Source of the DNA: Bigelowiella natans CCMP2755
Taxonomy: Eukaryota > Protista > Cercozoa
Direction: 5' to 3'
NCBI GenBank assembly: GCA_000320545.1
Contig: ADNK01001797.1
Coordinates: 10,800 to 74,799, forward strand
DNA length: 64,000 nt
In this document: piece after piece, positions 42,862 through 56,693 of the stretch
Layout of the letters: the number at the start of each line of letters is the position of its first letter
How positions within the stretch are numbered: the first letter of the stretch is position 1
The notes under the pieces: model-generated
What the model was told of the DNA's origin: nothing
Database searches by the model: none
Seen by the model: the letters and a program-made list of their open reading frames with translations, nothing else
Program-made: the position numbers and the translations under genes

Positions 42862-43252
42862 CACTTCACATCAGGCCAATAAAATTCCACAGGGCCCGTC
42901 AGAGCACCATAAAGCTGCCATTCGACAAGTTCATAGCTGTCAACGGGAAACAACAGATTGATCTAGCCATCGCTGCATCCGAGAAGAAAAAAAAGAAAAT
43001 TAAGAATAAGGTATTTTTGATAATTTTATCAACATTGTCGTCAAACAAGCACCACACGCTTTCATTGCATATGAGATAGATATACGACATTCATATTAAG
43101 GAGAAGAAACAATCCGGGGGAGTAGAGTGTGATGAAGAAGACGAGGATGATGGATTCATACGCCCCACGAAATGGCTATTCAAACCGAAAAAGTAAACGC
43201 ATAACTACATTTCTTTTAAGCGCATGTCAGCATCACAAACACATACACACAT

Positions 43253-43344
<92 letters not shown>

Positions 43345-44283
43345 TATTAATATTTCATATGTATTGGAACAGAATCTTGTTGCTATTTTCCGACACGAAG
43401 ATGCTGTGCGGAAGGGTAGGGAGCGGCCTGCGGAATCTAGGTAATAACAACAGCATATGATGCCATACATACAACAAACAACACACGAGGGGTAGCAACG
43501 ACTCCGAAAAAACAAAGAAGATGGTGTCAAGATGATACAGAAAATACTAGTTTGCAGGGACCACTCACAGCTAAAAGAAATAAACGTTTCATCTTTGTTC
43601 TACTTTATGATTTAATGTTGCGTCGCTTTGTCGTTATTACCGTCGTCATCGTTGTTCTACCTGTTCTACTTCGCCTCCTTCAGGAAACACGTGCTATTTG
43701 AACTCCATACTGCAAGCCCTCATGTAAGAATAATACTACTACTATTAATAATAATAAGTAATATCTCTCTTCCTTGATCCAGGAGTAGTGCTTATCTGCG
43801 AACGACATCGATGCATGCAATTAACCCGACGATGCACATATCGATTTGCAAGCAGCAGCAGCATGGTGGTTGTTGTTATAACGACGACCGCCAGTATTCA
43901 CGCATTATGATGGAGTGCTGTTGGTTGTGTATTATGCTACTTTTTCAACCTTCTTCTTCTTCTTCTTCTTCAGTTACACGCAGCCTCTGGTAAACTACAC
44001 TTCCATTGCGTTCTCATCCCCATCCGCATCGTCTGGAAAAGGTATTATCACTTCGACTGCTTCTAGTGCTAGAGATGGGGGGTATAATCGGTAGTTTATA
44101 AATAGTCATTCATTCATTCATTCGTCAGGGCGATTTGACATACTGCGACAGCTGCACCTGCTGAAGCGACACACGGTAGAGAGAAAACTGATGACATAAT
44201 AATACTTCTTTGCTTTCACCTACTTTCATTGATTAGCAGCTTTGTCTTAATTGCTCTCATCGTCCTTTTTTTAGTCTCATCAT

Positions 44284-44319
<36 letters not shown>

Positions 44320-44624
44320 ATGATGATGATGATGATTATGATCGGCAAAAAAGGTAAAGAACGGGCCGAAAAGGGCTTGCACTCCAGGGAAAATAGTTTG
44401 TCATTTGCAAACACTCAATCGTCGGTTTCGAGTAGGCCGACAGCAAGATGCTCACGAGCTGCTCAGATATCTCATGGAAGATCTTCAGAATATGGATTTG
44501 AAGAGAGTACGAGCCTCCTCCTCTCCTCCTTCTCCTCCTACTTCTCTCCCTCAGCAAACACCACTCCCACACAAATGTATCGCACAGCAACAACAGAGTG
44601 TTGGTACGCACAATCATATATTTG

Positions 44625-44658
<34 letters not shown>

Positions 44659-45427
44659 TAGAAATGCCATGCCACATCTTTGTTGAAGTCGTTGTCGTTG
44701 TCGTTTTCTGGTGTTTTTCCTTGTCGTCGTTGCTTGTTTCCGTCCTCCTTCTTTCCTCCAACTCACAGACAGGGGTGGATAGGAATAGGCTGGGGCATGC
44801 GGAGAAGCACACGACAGCAATACATCAGATATTTGGAGGCTATCTTGCTTCTCAAGTTAAATGCCATGTGTAAGTCATTAATTTAGAGTACAATGATCTT
44901 TTACGAAAACACCTCTTATCTACAACTGCTTCTTCTTCTTCTTCTTCTTCTTCTTCTTCTTCTTTGCATGTGTGTCGTTGAGTTTAGGTGTGGGCATATA
45001 TCAAACACCTTCGATGCGTTTCTTGATATCAGCTTGCAGCTCACACAGGCATCCTCGGTAGTGGTAGTAGGTACAAGTAGTAGTAGTAGTAGTTACTCGC
45101 TGCATCACCGACCTCCGCAAACATGATCAAACATTGTTGTTCAGCAGTCACATATGCATGATAACAATGCTATTAACAACATCTCCCCGCCCCCCCCCCT
45201 GTTTCTCACAGATTGTGAAGGCCCTTCGCAATTTCACGAGAGCGGAGGTGTTGGATGGAGGCAATGTTTACAAGTGCTCTAGGTGCAAGAAGAACGTGGC
45301 GGCGTCCAAGCAATTCCGGATATATCGGCCTCCAGGGGTGCTATGCCTTCATCTTAAGCGGTAGCAACAAAGAAGATGATACGATGAGTGAGCATCGAAG
45401 CACGTCTGTAGTCTTTGGTATAAATAC

Positions 45428-45459
<32 letters not shown>

Positions 45460-45717
45460 AATGATAACATTTTCAATCGGTACACTTGTCCTTAAATTTA
45501 CCTCCCCTCCTAATCCTATTATTGGGATTGCTACTGGTGCTGTGACCACCTACTACTTGATATTCTCTACCAGCTTTCGATTCACTGCCTTTGGCCATCA
45601 AGCGAAGATAAACAAGCATGTCAGGTTCCCAGCGAATGGTCTCTCTCTACAGCCTTACATGTACCACGGTATGATGACTATCATCACCATAATAATGATG
45701 AGGAAGTGGAAGAGGAA

Positions 45718-45777
<60 letters not shown>

Positions 45778-45783
45778 ATATAT

Positions 45784-45826
<43 letters not shown>

Positions 45827-46004
45827 GCATGCGCAACACGTACGTGTGCATGTAGGCATATCACAACCACGTATTTAGGGAAAATATCTCCAAAGTATAG
45901 TCTTACTGCGATGATTGTGCACCACGGAGCATCTGCACACGTCGGCCATTACACCGCATTTGTGAAAGACCTCGACTGGAGTCTGGTGTGGGCCATGATG
46001 ATAG

Positions 46005-46038
<34 letters not shown>

Positions 46039-46491
46039 AACGTGAAGCACAAAGGGCGCAGATATGCAAGCATATGCGTCGTTCTCTACAAACACCTCCC
46101 ACAAATAATCTCCCTCGTTTGCTGGTGCGGGAAGTATAGATGATTATCATATATCTTCTTCTTCTTCAGCATCTGTCATCATCATCAGCATCATGAATAG
46201 TTTTCATCAGAGTAGTAGCAGCAGCAGCAGTAGTAGTACGTTTATGATGAAGATGCTGATGACGATGATATTGTTCCTATAAAAATAATGATTTAATAGT
46301 ATTAATATTAATAATCATACTCAGGTATTTGATGGATGATTCATGCGTAACACGGGTAAGTGGCACCACTATGTGATATCACAAAAACATCGACGACTCG
46401 CAGAGCATATAACCCTCCTTTGCCGGTTTGTTCAATCGTTTGGTGTGTTGCATTGTTTCGCATTTCTTATTGTCGTTTCTTATCATCACGC

Positions 46492-46522
<31 letters not shown>

Positions 46523-47100
46523 AGGTATCAGAAGCTACTGTCTTGAAGCAAGACGCATATATGCTGATCTACACCAAAGTGCCTGCTCTAGCAGCATCAG
46601 CAGCGCCCTCTTCGTTGTCATCGTTATCTCCACCTTTATCAGCCAAGAAGCACCGGCAAGGTATGCTCATATGCACAAGTATGTGCTCTAAAGAGCAAAC
46701 AAAAAATAAAGATGTCATTTTTGCCGCCACTCCGCTCCGTTCTTCTTCTTATTATTATTATTGGTTACTATTATTATCATTCGTCTTCTTCTTCTACAGC
46801 TGCTACTACTTTAACGGGCAAAATATATACGTTACTGTTTGTGCGCCATCGTTGATGCAGTATGTATATATTGATACGACTGATGCAGGCCTACAAGCAG
46901 CAATCCAAGAGGACGGCAATAGGCAGATCAAGAACAACAACAACAACAACAACAACAAAGCGGAGGAGCTTAAATCGCAGCAGCAGTATCAAATAGGAAA
47001 TCCCAACAAGTATTTAATCTTTTACTAATATCACTAGCCTCATCCCAGTAGAAGAAGATGATGAAGATAACGGTGATGATGAGTGGGAAATCTCCTCTCT

Positions 47101-47138
<38 letters not shown>

Positions 47139-47753
47139 ATTTGTTTCTAGGCAACGACAGCAGCAGAAACAGCAGCAGCAGCAGCAGCGTGACATGGGGT
47201 TCGCCATATCTCGTGAAAAGGTGCACCAAATGCTAAAGAACTTCAAAAAGTCGAGAGATGAGCAAAAGACCAAGACAACGAAGAAAAAGAAGAAGAAGAA
47301 GAAAAGGAAGAGGGAAAGTCATATAAATGGCCTTCAAAACAACCTCCACACAGCACATACAGATGACTACGAAAAGGGTTATTTGAACGACAACGCAAAC
47401 ATCGAAGGAGGAGCAGCTGAGGAAGAAAGAAAGAAGAAAAATACGAGCAACAACAACAACAACAACAACAACAACAAGAAGAAGAAAAGCAGCAGCGACG
47501 TGGAGAAAACTATTCGTACGCCGCTCTCAAATCAAGAGAATGGGGTCACGAGAAGAATACGGCGACCTCTATCCGCACCACCACCAAACTCTAAGACAGC
47601 TAGTCGAGCAGCGGTACTAGAAGATCTTATCGTGTTGATCATGGAGGTGGATGAGTGAACATGAAGTTCTAATTTTAAATAATAGACTATGATCATAAAT
47701 ACTAGAGAGGTGTTGGTTTTTGTCATCGATACTACAGATATAATACAGCATGT

Positions 47754-47788
<35 letters not shown>

Positions 47789-49649
47789 AAACAATATCTT
47801 CCTCTACTTTTGGGCCGCCAACAAAGCAGGTTCAACCCGCTTCCTCCATCTCGCTCTCCTCCTCCCCTTTGATGATGATGAAGAAGAAGAAGAAGAAAAA
47901 AAAAAAGAATGGCGACAAATCATCACCACCATCTGCGACCAAATCTTCGTCGTCATCAAGGAAGAGAAGCCGCTCCTCTCTCACTCCAAGTGGCCCTAAG
48001 GCAAGCCGACTTAGGCAAATTTACGCCAATGTTTGCCCGAGGTAATAACATGAAAGGGTCTTTTTTATGGAATCAATCGATTATGGGTGATAATGAGATG
48101 GATTCTGATGATGATGATGATGATGATGATGAAGGTGAAGCAAATGTGAAGTAGTGGTACTAGCAGCAGTATTTCTCGTTGCAGCAGCGCTTGATAATTA
48201 GATGATTACTACAATCACGAGGCGTATCTCTTACTTGCTATTTTTCCCTCAGATTCACAAACCGCATTTCAAGCACAAGGATGCGTCGTTCGCCATCTTC
48301 TTCTTCCTATTCTTCTCCTTCATCACGGCTGCAGCAGAAGCAACAAGAACTAACAGATCCAGAGTTTAACTCTTCTTCCGTAGTTTCTCCTCTTTCTCAT
48401 CTGAGAAGGGTGAGAGATAAGGATGATGACGGCGATTACAAGAAGACTAAGCCGACTCTTACTTCTTCAGTCGTTTCTACTCCGAATAATGGGCAACGGG
48501 GGAAATCGTTATTCTCCCCATCATCATCATCATCATCACCACCAGCACGGGCACCAGCAGTAGGTGGTGGTGGTGCTGATAATACGACGATGATGACGGT
48601 GGAAAAGGTACTGTGCAAGCGTAACTTCCGATGCTTCTAAAGATTAGTATTTGCACAATATGTAATATCCTCTTGATGCTGGACGATGTGTTCTAATACG
48701 GGAGGGGGGGGGGGGGAGGGGGAGGAAGGGAAGCTCAGAGAATCGACAAATCCAGCACTAGCAGGCAGTATTAGCAAGATAATGTGTCATTAGATTGGTG
48801 GTGATACTTCTCCTGGGTGCTTCTTCTTCTTTCTTTTTCTCCTTCTCTAGGTATTGTTTAAGAACAGAGGGCAGCGGCAACAAACAGCGGGTGTCAATGG
48901 TGGTACGTAGGAACGAGAGAGGGGGGGGGGGAGGGGGGGGGTTCATGAAGGGATACTGTATGTCATTGCAAACCTCTTTGTAAATGTATGTTTGAGTGTG
49001 TGGATTGGTTGATACTTCGTGTAGAGTTTGTTTCGAAATCTTCTTCTTATTCACCATCTTCTTTTCCCTCTTCTGTATGAAATATTCATCGTTACTATCA
49101 TGTGTGGATGATTTCAGTTGGCCATTGGGACTCCGCCTCAGCGAAGAGGGCAAAGAAACGACAAAAGGTGAGTAGAATAAGGGATGATGGTGATGGTGGT
49201 GGTGGTGGTGGTGGTGATGATGATGATGATAGAGCTGCGAGTGTGCATATTGAAGACATATAGAAGACTGTGGTATCTCTGCGGACAATCGAGTTTATTA
49301 AACTAGATGTGAGTGAATTAAGAGGCGCATCATCAAGTTGATATCACTCCTACTGTATCGTAGAGAATATCATCCCGCAGTTTCTCAACGTCACCAGTGG
49401 CAAAGAGAAAGGACTCTTGGGACGCCGAATTAGATGCGTAATGTGTCATCAAAATCATAAAAAAAAAAAAAAAATCGTACATATTAGAGCTTGTTTGGCA
49501 CGTTTTTGATAGATAACCTTCGTAGTATAAAGAGCTGATTATAAACAATCATTAGGGGCAGGATACCGAAAATTAAACAAAAATTTAAGCGCTTTAACAG
49601 TAAAAGCAATCCATTTACGGCGGCGTACCAGCAGCAGCAGCAGAGATAG
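42565..49649 (+). CDS. USP36: Ubiquitin-specific protease of the USP36/USP42 (UBP23-like) family; apparent +1 frameshift near 45966
   Basis: N-terminus [26 protein letters not shown]. Cys box GLRNLG|[12 protein letters not shown], then [42 protein letters not shown] and LCLHLKRF. His box [18 protein letters not shown], then WYLMDD and DAYMLIY. The C-terminal [16 protein letters not shown]...NPF motif is typical of USP36. Stop at 49647-49649. Confidence 0.85.
43266..43341. repeat. Long intronic (TA)n microsatellite (one of many, e.g. ~6018, 15714, 52278, 60702)
   Basis: Direct reading. Confidence 0.95.
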
Positions 49650-49860
49650 CAGCTCCATACAGTCATCGTATTGGTTAGATAATATTGCGTTATTGCCAGC
49701 AACCTGCAAAAAAAATAATGTAGTAGCACTTCTGAACGTTAGAACGAAGTCGCCATTTCTCTAAAAGTCGTTTTAATTGATGAAGTATGCTTTGTGTCAT
49801 TTGCTGCGATTATTGTGCTGCAGTGGTAATCGCAAGACCTAGAAGGGATGGTCACGTTCT

Positions 49861-50520
49861 TGCACACGCCATTCTGCGTCGCGGAGCTAGCAGCGCCCTT
49901 GCGAGCACAAGCGAAGCAGAACAAACAGCATCATTGCACGTGCACGTACATAGCATTCTAGCATCGCATGTTGTGAGCTAGCTTGCTTGCATTGGTACAC
50001 GTAGCAGCACAAGCACATGCACAATCGATGCACGAAAGCTGAAAACCACGGCATGTCTCATTCAGTGATGCATCATGATGCACATTGTCTCATGACAATG
50101 TCTTGTGACTAGCCACATCTCATGGCCTAGTGCCCATGATGGTGCGATCTAGCGATGCCGCCGCGTATGGCTGCATGCAACGTATCGTACGTCAAGTGCG
50201 TGACAACCGAAATTCAGATGATGACTGCCAGACTACGCACGTTGCTGATGATCTAGCAAACTTGGCATGACTAGATCTAGAGATGAGGAGTTGCATGCGC
50301 GATGTTTCAGTCTCTGCTGCGCTGGCTAGCTGGGGCACATGTTGCAAGTCCTGCAATGACAGACATCGCCACCAATCACCAATGCATGAATGGATGCGAT
50401 CGCATCGTTGTCACAACGTCACAGATCATTGACTTCGAAGATCTGGATGAACGACGTGCGCCATTCTAGCTGACACTATTTTCAAATCTCAAAATGTGAT
50501 GCACATTGTTTTTCACATGT
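49861..50520. other. TpA-depleted, palindrome-rich intergenic island between convergent USP36 and DENN-ENTH genes
   Basis: About 20 TA in 660 bp, about 11 of them in CTAG. Palindromes tgcatcatgatgca (50069-50082) and gatgcgatcgcatc (50393-50406). Confidence 0.75.
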
Positions 50521-50686
50521 GAAAATTAAACGATGAACTTGCTCATAAACGCCTGCGAACGCTAGAGCTGCACGTGCAACGACCGAAGTGTTCAATGCAT
50601 GGCACACCTACAGACATGCGGAAAATACAACTTCTCCTCTCTCTCGGATACATGCTCCAGCTAAAACAGGTAGATTTTTTGGCACA

Positions 50687-52274
50687 TCAGTTCTTATTCA
50701 CCCTCGTGGCAAACAGCACATCGAAGGGATCGAAGCTTTCCTCCCCTGTTCCATTTCCATTGTTGCTATTTGTATTGCTACCAGGAAAACCACCATTTCC
50801 TCCGTCATTGTTTCTGGAAGTATTAGCGGGCATGGTGATGCTCGCAGCTGTACTAGTCTCTACCCTATTGTTACCCGTCATATTCCTCCCGTTTGTGCTG
50901 ATACTACTACCTCCAAGGCCACCACGGCTGCTGCTACTTTGCTGTTGATCAGCAGGAGTCGAGAAGATGCCGAAGAGGTCTGGCATTGCTTGAGTAGCTG
51001 CTGCACCAGTTGTACTAGTCCCTCTACTGTTACAGGTGCTAGTGCTACCGCGAGATGAAGTGGGATTCGGTATAATGTCTTTTGTATCCGTCCTCCTGTG
51101 CGGCTGTTTTCTTCCCTTTCTATTATCGCTAGTTGTATCGATCGATGTCGTTACGCTTTTGCCCACTGTCATCCCCCCACTAGGATTAGATTGCAAGAAT
51201 GGATTCTCGCTGAGATCGATCCCTAGAAACGGATTCAGCCCTGGTTGCTGCTGCAGCTGCTTTTGCTGTTGCTTGGATGATAAGGAAGATGAGGACGACG
51301 ATGATGACGTGGTGGACTCATGCCGGTGTTGGCGTTGATGCTTAAAATCTGAAATCGTTCCCGGCATGACCCTCTTATTTGGGAGGACCTTCTTTCCTAC
51401 TTGTTGTTGCCTCTGTTGCGCTTGGTGCTGCACCCGTCGAGTGCCTGCCTTGCTACTTTCATTCCCCGCGGAAGTGTTGGCGGCTAATGGTGCTTGAAAG
51501 GAGGAAGAGGACGAGGAGGGGGAGGACGGGCCGAAAGGGTCAAAGGCTCTATCGAACGAGCTCATTTTCAAAATTTGGGGTGGTTGCGGCGGTGGGTTCT
51601 TCCTCCTCGCAGGATCTGGACGGCGATTGGCTGGCACAGCGGGGGGGGGGGCTGAAGAAGTGACTACAACAGGGGGGTACTTTTTGCTCTCCAAAGGCTC
51701 TAGTCGACTGTGGATGACTGCGAAGGGCGGTATGATCAAGCCTTTTCCATCAATTAACGTTTGCGTGCGGATGTTGCTTATCGATTGCTCTTTCAAGGGA
51801 TAGATTACACGACCGCCTCCCCTTCCCTGTTGTATCCCTTTCCTTTCGCCGCCTCTCGCTGCGGTCACCCCGCCTCCCTCGGCTTTAGGGGCTGACTTGA
51901 GGAGCCATGGGTCGATGGGGGGTGCCATGTAAATCTTGGATGCATCCTCCACGAAACGGTATCGGCGAAGTCTCTTGATGGAGAAGACATTGGAGGAGTA
52001 CCTATAAGCACGTTCGGCAAGCTCTCTTACTAGCCCTTGATATGTCTGGTTCGAATGACGGTACGAGCTCTTCAGCTCTTGTAGCAGCTCATGCTGCTCC
52101 ATTGCGTGGAATAGAATGATATCACCTGTTTGATGGTGACGTGTCAGTCTTAATTACAGTGTGCATCCATTTTCCAATGGTCGGTCTCCGGACCCCCCTC
52201 TCCCTTTTCCATCTCGGATTAGGCAACTGATTTGGAAGAGTAATCTTCTTTCCCTCTCCCCGACCCCAAATGTT

Positions 52275-52340
<66 letters not shown>

Positions 52341-53722
52341 AACTATGTAAAATAGATATAAAGGCGATGCTTTCGCCTCCTACAAGAAATGGAACATTGC
52401 ATTGATAATCTTCTCTAGGCCCTCCTCCTCTAACAGCAAACACTACTAATATCTTAGATACCCCCGAACGCAAGGAGGTGTAGCAAGATCTCCAATGCAC
52501 GCGTAGCATGCCGCCAGCTGTGTCTTTTGCAGTCGCGCAGACGCTCGAAGATCACGTCGGCAATGATCTTTGCACCAACCGAGTGTGCGCTGCCCATCGA
52601 TAGCTCTCGCAGCATCTCGCCATCTTTGCGCTTCCCTGCCATCGAATCAAGCACCACCACCACCACCACCATCACTTAGTAGTAGCCGTAATGACGACAA
52701 GAGCGAACGACGAGCTTTCTCAATCGAGGTTCATATCGACCCGAATCCACAGCATAACGACAGAGACATTCGTTGTGGGTTGTGGTGGAGAATCCTACTA
52801 TTATTCGCATCTGCGTCTCTAGCCGCTTGCCTACCTTCAGGGTTGTTGCTGGTAAACTCCATGGCAGTCTCATACAGGTCGGGCATGTGCGTCACCTTAA
52901 TAATGGATGATCAGTGATGATGACGATGCTGCTGCTGCTGCTGATGATGATGATAATGATGACGACGATGGTGATGATGATGGTGGCCGACGTTGGTAAT
53001 GACTGGAAATAGACTGTGTCGTCATGAGTGGCGTCGTTTGTTCAAAATATACAACCGTGCTCCTTACCGACTGCAGCTGCTGTTTTTCGAGGAGAAATCC
53101 CGGCGGTGGGAACCCACGTCTCCTGAGCTCAGTGATCCTAGTGATTGTAACAACAGTAGAAGCCGACGATTACTCTCAGTACCAGCACCAGCATCACCAA
53201 ATCAATTCGCTTCTTCACCATCGGAGCCATCGTCAGGTTTGTTATAGCCATTAACATTATCATCAATAAACTTTTCTCCCAATAAGAGCCATCAGCACCA
53301 CCGCAGCCGTCATCATAATCATCATGTGGGTCATTAAATATCATCATATCATCGTCATCATTAGTCATCATTTTCACCTTCGGCACCTCCACCACCATTC
53401 CCTTGCAACTTATCAATACTACTCAGTGATGGTAATAATAATAATACTAAATAACAAGGATACTAAATGAGCTACTTCTTCGACTACGACCTGTGGAAGA
53501 GGTCCTTTGGCGAGATGGTGACTTTGGACGATGAACTCGATGATGATGACTGCGAGGAGCCAGGAGAAACAACAGGACTTTTTGGCGACGCAACTCTGCT
53601 GCCAGATCCTTCATCTTCGGCGTCATCGTCATCCTCCTCCTCGGCAGCACTTGCATTCCCAGCAGAAACTTATTGATGGGAAAGAACACAGGGGTTAGGA
53701 CATGCTTCTTTCTTAAATTAAA

Positions 53723-53765
<43 letters not shown>

Positions 53766-54522
53766 CAATGTGGCGAATCTGCACAGCCATTGCTTCACTC
53801 TCCTGGCATGGTTCTTTAGAATAATGATATGAGGTTGAGCTACACGCTACCCTCCATGTCCCTTCATAGACGACAACGACAACAACGACAATAAGAGCTA
53901 CTACTACAATTACCACTACTACTACTTCTACTACTACTACTACTGCTGCTACTGCTAGTTCTGCTGCTCGAATCAGCACTGATGATTAATACCGGATGGT
54001 TTCTTTAGCTTATTCTGAAGGCTTTTCACCTTGGATGCGAACTTCTCTCGGAATCTCCCCAGCTTGGCCTTGGCCTTCTGCGCCATCGTTTTCGAGGTGG
54101 AGATCGTGGAGTGGGCGAGCTTTCGCATCAGATCGGCGTTTTTGGGAAGGGGGGGGAGGAATCTATTCGCCTTGTACCTAAAAAAAGCATAAGAGAGCGA
54201 CGCACGCGCTCGTTATGAAAAGGTGAGGCAAAGCAGCTTCTCCTCCCTGCCCCTATCCCCTCTCCTCTCGTGTCAAAACTGGATTTGTTCTCAGAAATGC
54301 AGCAGGCCCATGAGTGATACCACCGAAGAACACACCTGTTGCTATGGATCATCAGAATGTTCTTGAGTGCGAGCTTGAAGGAAGTAGGGTTGGAGCGGCT
54401 CATCTCCACCAGCATATCGAACGTTTTCACCGTGCACGATTTACCTGTTATCATCATAATAATAAGAGATACGGAGAGCAATGTTATATTATCGTTCAAA
54501 ACTACTATCACCGCTACTACTG

Positions 54523-54555
<33 letters not shown>

Positions 54556-56693
54556 GTCGCTACTATATCTCAGGAGCAATGGCCTCCATCCACCATCGTA
54601 TATGTCCTGCCCGCATCATCAAAACCGGATTCCTCTTTACTTCCCCAGTCAGCACACAACTGCAAGTGCATACATGGCAACTCACCCTTCCGCTCTCTCT
54701 CCACACGCGCGCAAGTGAATGCCTCAAACATCTGCGAATGGCGTAGGGCCTTGAAGCACGGCACTAGATCCGTTGCTTCTTGCTCCACGTGCCGGATGTG
54801 TCTCTCGATGTCGAACCCCCCTGAGTCATCAGTCCAATACCAGTTGCACGGGGAGAACAGCACAGCGAAGAAGGCCGTGAAGCATGACTGGACGAATCTA
54901 GAAGAAGAAGAAGAAGAGGATGATGAAGAAGACATGCTCGATGTGTGCATACATGATCCAGATGCAAGTGTAGGTGCCGCCAAGGAAGTCTCCTCAGTTT
55001 CAGCACCGATCTGATCATCCTCCTCTACCGAACATCCCCCCCCCCCCCCCGTCCACCCACATGCAACAGATAGATACACCACCTTGGCGACTTCTTCGCC
55101 TCTTTCCAGTGGAGTCTCTTGCGGAGCTTTCCAGTCAATTCCGCGGGGGAGAATCTTTTTCACCTCCTCCACCTTATCGCCTAACAGCTGAATGGAGGGC
55201 GCATCCACGTCCACCAGTACCACCTACATAGCGAGAGACAACATGGTAGTGTAGTGAGTGCCAAGATGATGAGGGGGGGAGGACAAACGACAAGATGATG
55301 GCTTCCAAATCTCCACCAGCTTGGCAGTGACCATGAGGACGAGCTTGTAAGACGAAAGGCAAAGCTGTTGAAGAAAAGGGGAAGAACCTCATCGAGCGGA
55401 AGCTGTGCGAGCTGCTGGAGATTCTGCCTGTGCATGCCGACCAAAAACGGCATCGGCGCGCATGCAAACCTTGATGACGGAAATAGAAGTGGCAATGATG
55501 ACGTCAGTTCCATCATACACATATCACCAGTCTAGCCCCGCCATCATCCTTTTATTCCCCTCTTAAAAAAAGAGGCCAAACGAAAACAAGCACGCGCATG
55601 CAAACCCACACAAATACACACACAGGCACAGACCGAATGTGCTGGGGCGGCAAGATTGGAATGAATATGTGCTCCCAGGTAAGAGGATAGAGGAGGCTTA
55701 CAAGCGCGTGCATGCAGTTAGAGAGTGTCGGCAGACTCTCAGAAAGAACAACGATTCTCTTCTCTTGTAGCATCGCGTTGAAAACCATCAGCATGTCGTC
55801 TGGCTTCATCCTCCGCAGTAGCGATGAGTAGTCCTCCCTCATAAATCTAGATTAACATTGGTTTGGTTAGAGGAGATATATTGATGGGAACGCAGACAAC
55901 GAATATGTAGAGAAGGAAGAGAGGGAGATAGAGAAGGGGGGGGGGAGGCAGGTGCGCTGGGATGGATTTGAAGCGAAGCTGAGTATTAGAAAGTGAAATG
56001 TCGTACGGGTAGTCGATGGGGTGATCCACGGCGAATAAGAGAGTCTCATCTGCACCTAGCTTGCACCGGCAGAGACTCAAGTTCTGCTTTATCACGCCGT
56101 TAGCGACAGCGGTGAGAAGCGCCTTTCCTGCGTCGGCACTCGCGACCCAGCGCGCCTGCACTGCTTGAAGGACGTGCTTGAAGAAGGTGTAGTATGGGTG
56201 TTTGCTCAGAATACACATTACTTCTGGGAAACGGGAACCCTCCCCACTCTGCATTCGCCGGTTGCAGAATCCATACTACAGCAAGAACATAGTAAAGCGG
56301 GGAAATACAACGTCATTTTTGGATGCGTAAACTGTGTTCTGCATATTGAACGCGGCGCAGACTATGTGACACTCAGGGTGTTTAAATTGTATCTACCTCT
56401 TTCTCTCCCCCGCCTCTTGTCATCACGAAGGCGTAGTGTTCGGTGTGGCGGACGTTAGTCGCATACCCTTCAGGGTATAGGAAGTCCAGCACATCTTCTG
56501 GAAACTTCTACGATTATTTTACAAATCCATGCTTAAGAGGTGGAAGGGGGAAAGGGGGGGTCACTAGGGTAAGCCTTACAACCTCGCTCGAATTGGGACT
56601 ATACTGGTAAATGAACTTGGGCTTCTGGGCGCGGACGGACATCCGAGAGATGAGAAAGTGATCAAACACGTTCTTCTGCTCCTGCCGCGACAT
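50687..56693 (-). CDS. DENN-domain (DENND1-like Rab GEF) and ENTH-domain fusion protein with an NPF/DPF-rich disordered tail
   Basis: uDENN: YYGFCNRR...VMCILSKHPYYTFF. cDENN: MLQEKRIVVLSESLPTLSNCMHALVSLLYPLTWEHIFIPILP..ACAPMPFLVGM..EVVLVDVD. dDENN: ALRHSQMFEAF. ENTH: EFTSNNPEG...IFERLRDCKRHSWRHATRALEILLHLLAFG...YQGLVRELAERAY. The tail has FDPF twice and NPF twice. Confidence 0.82.
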
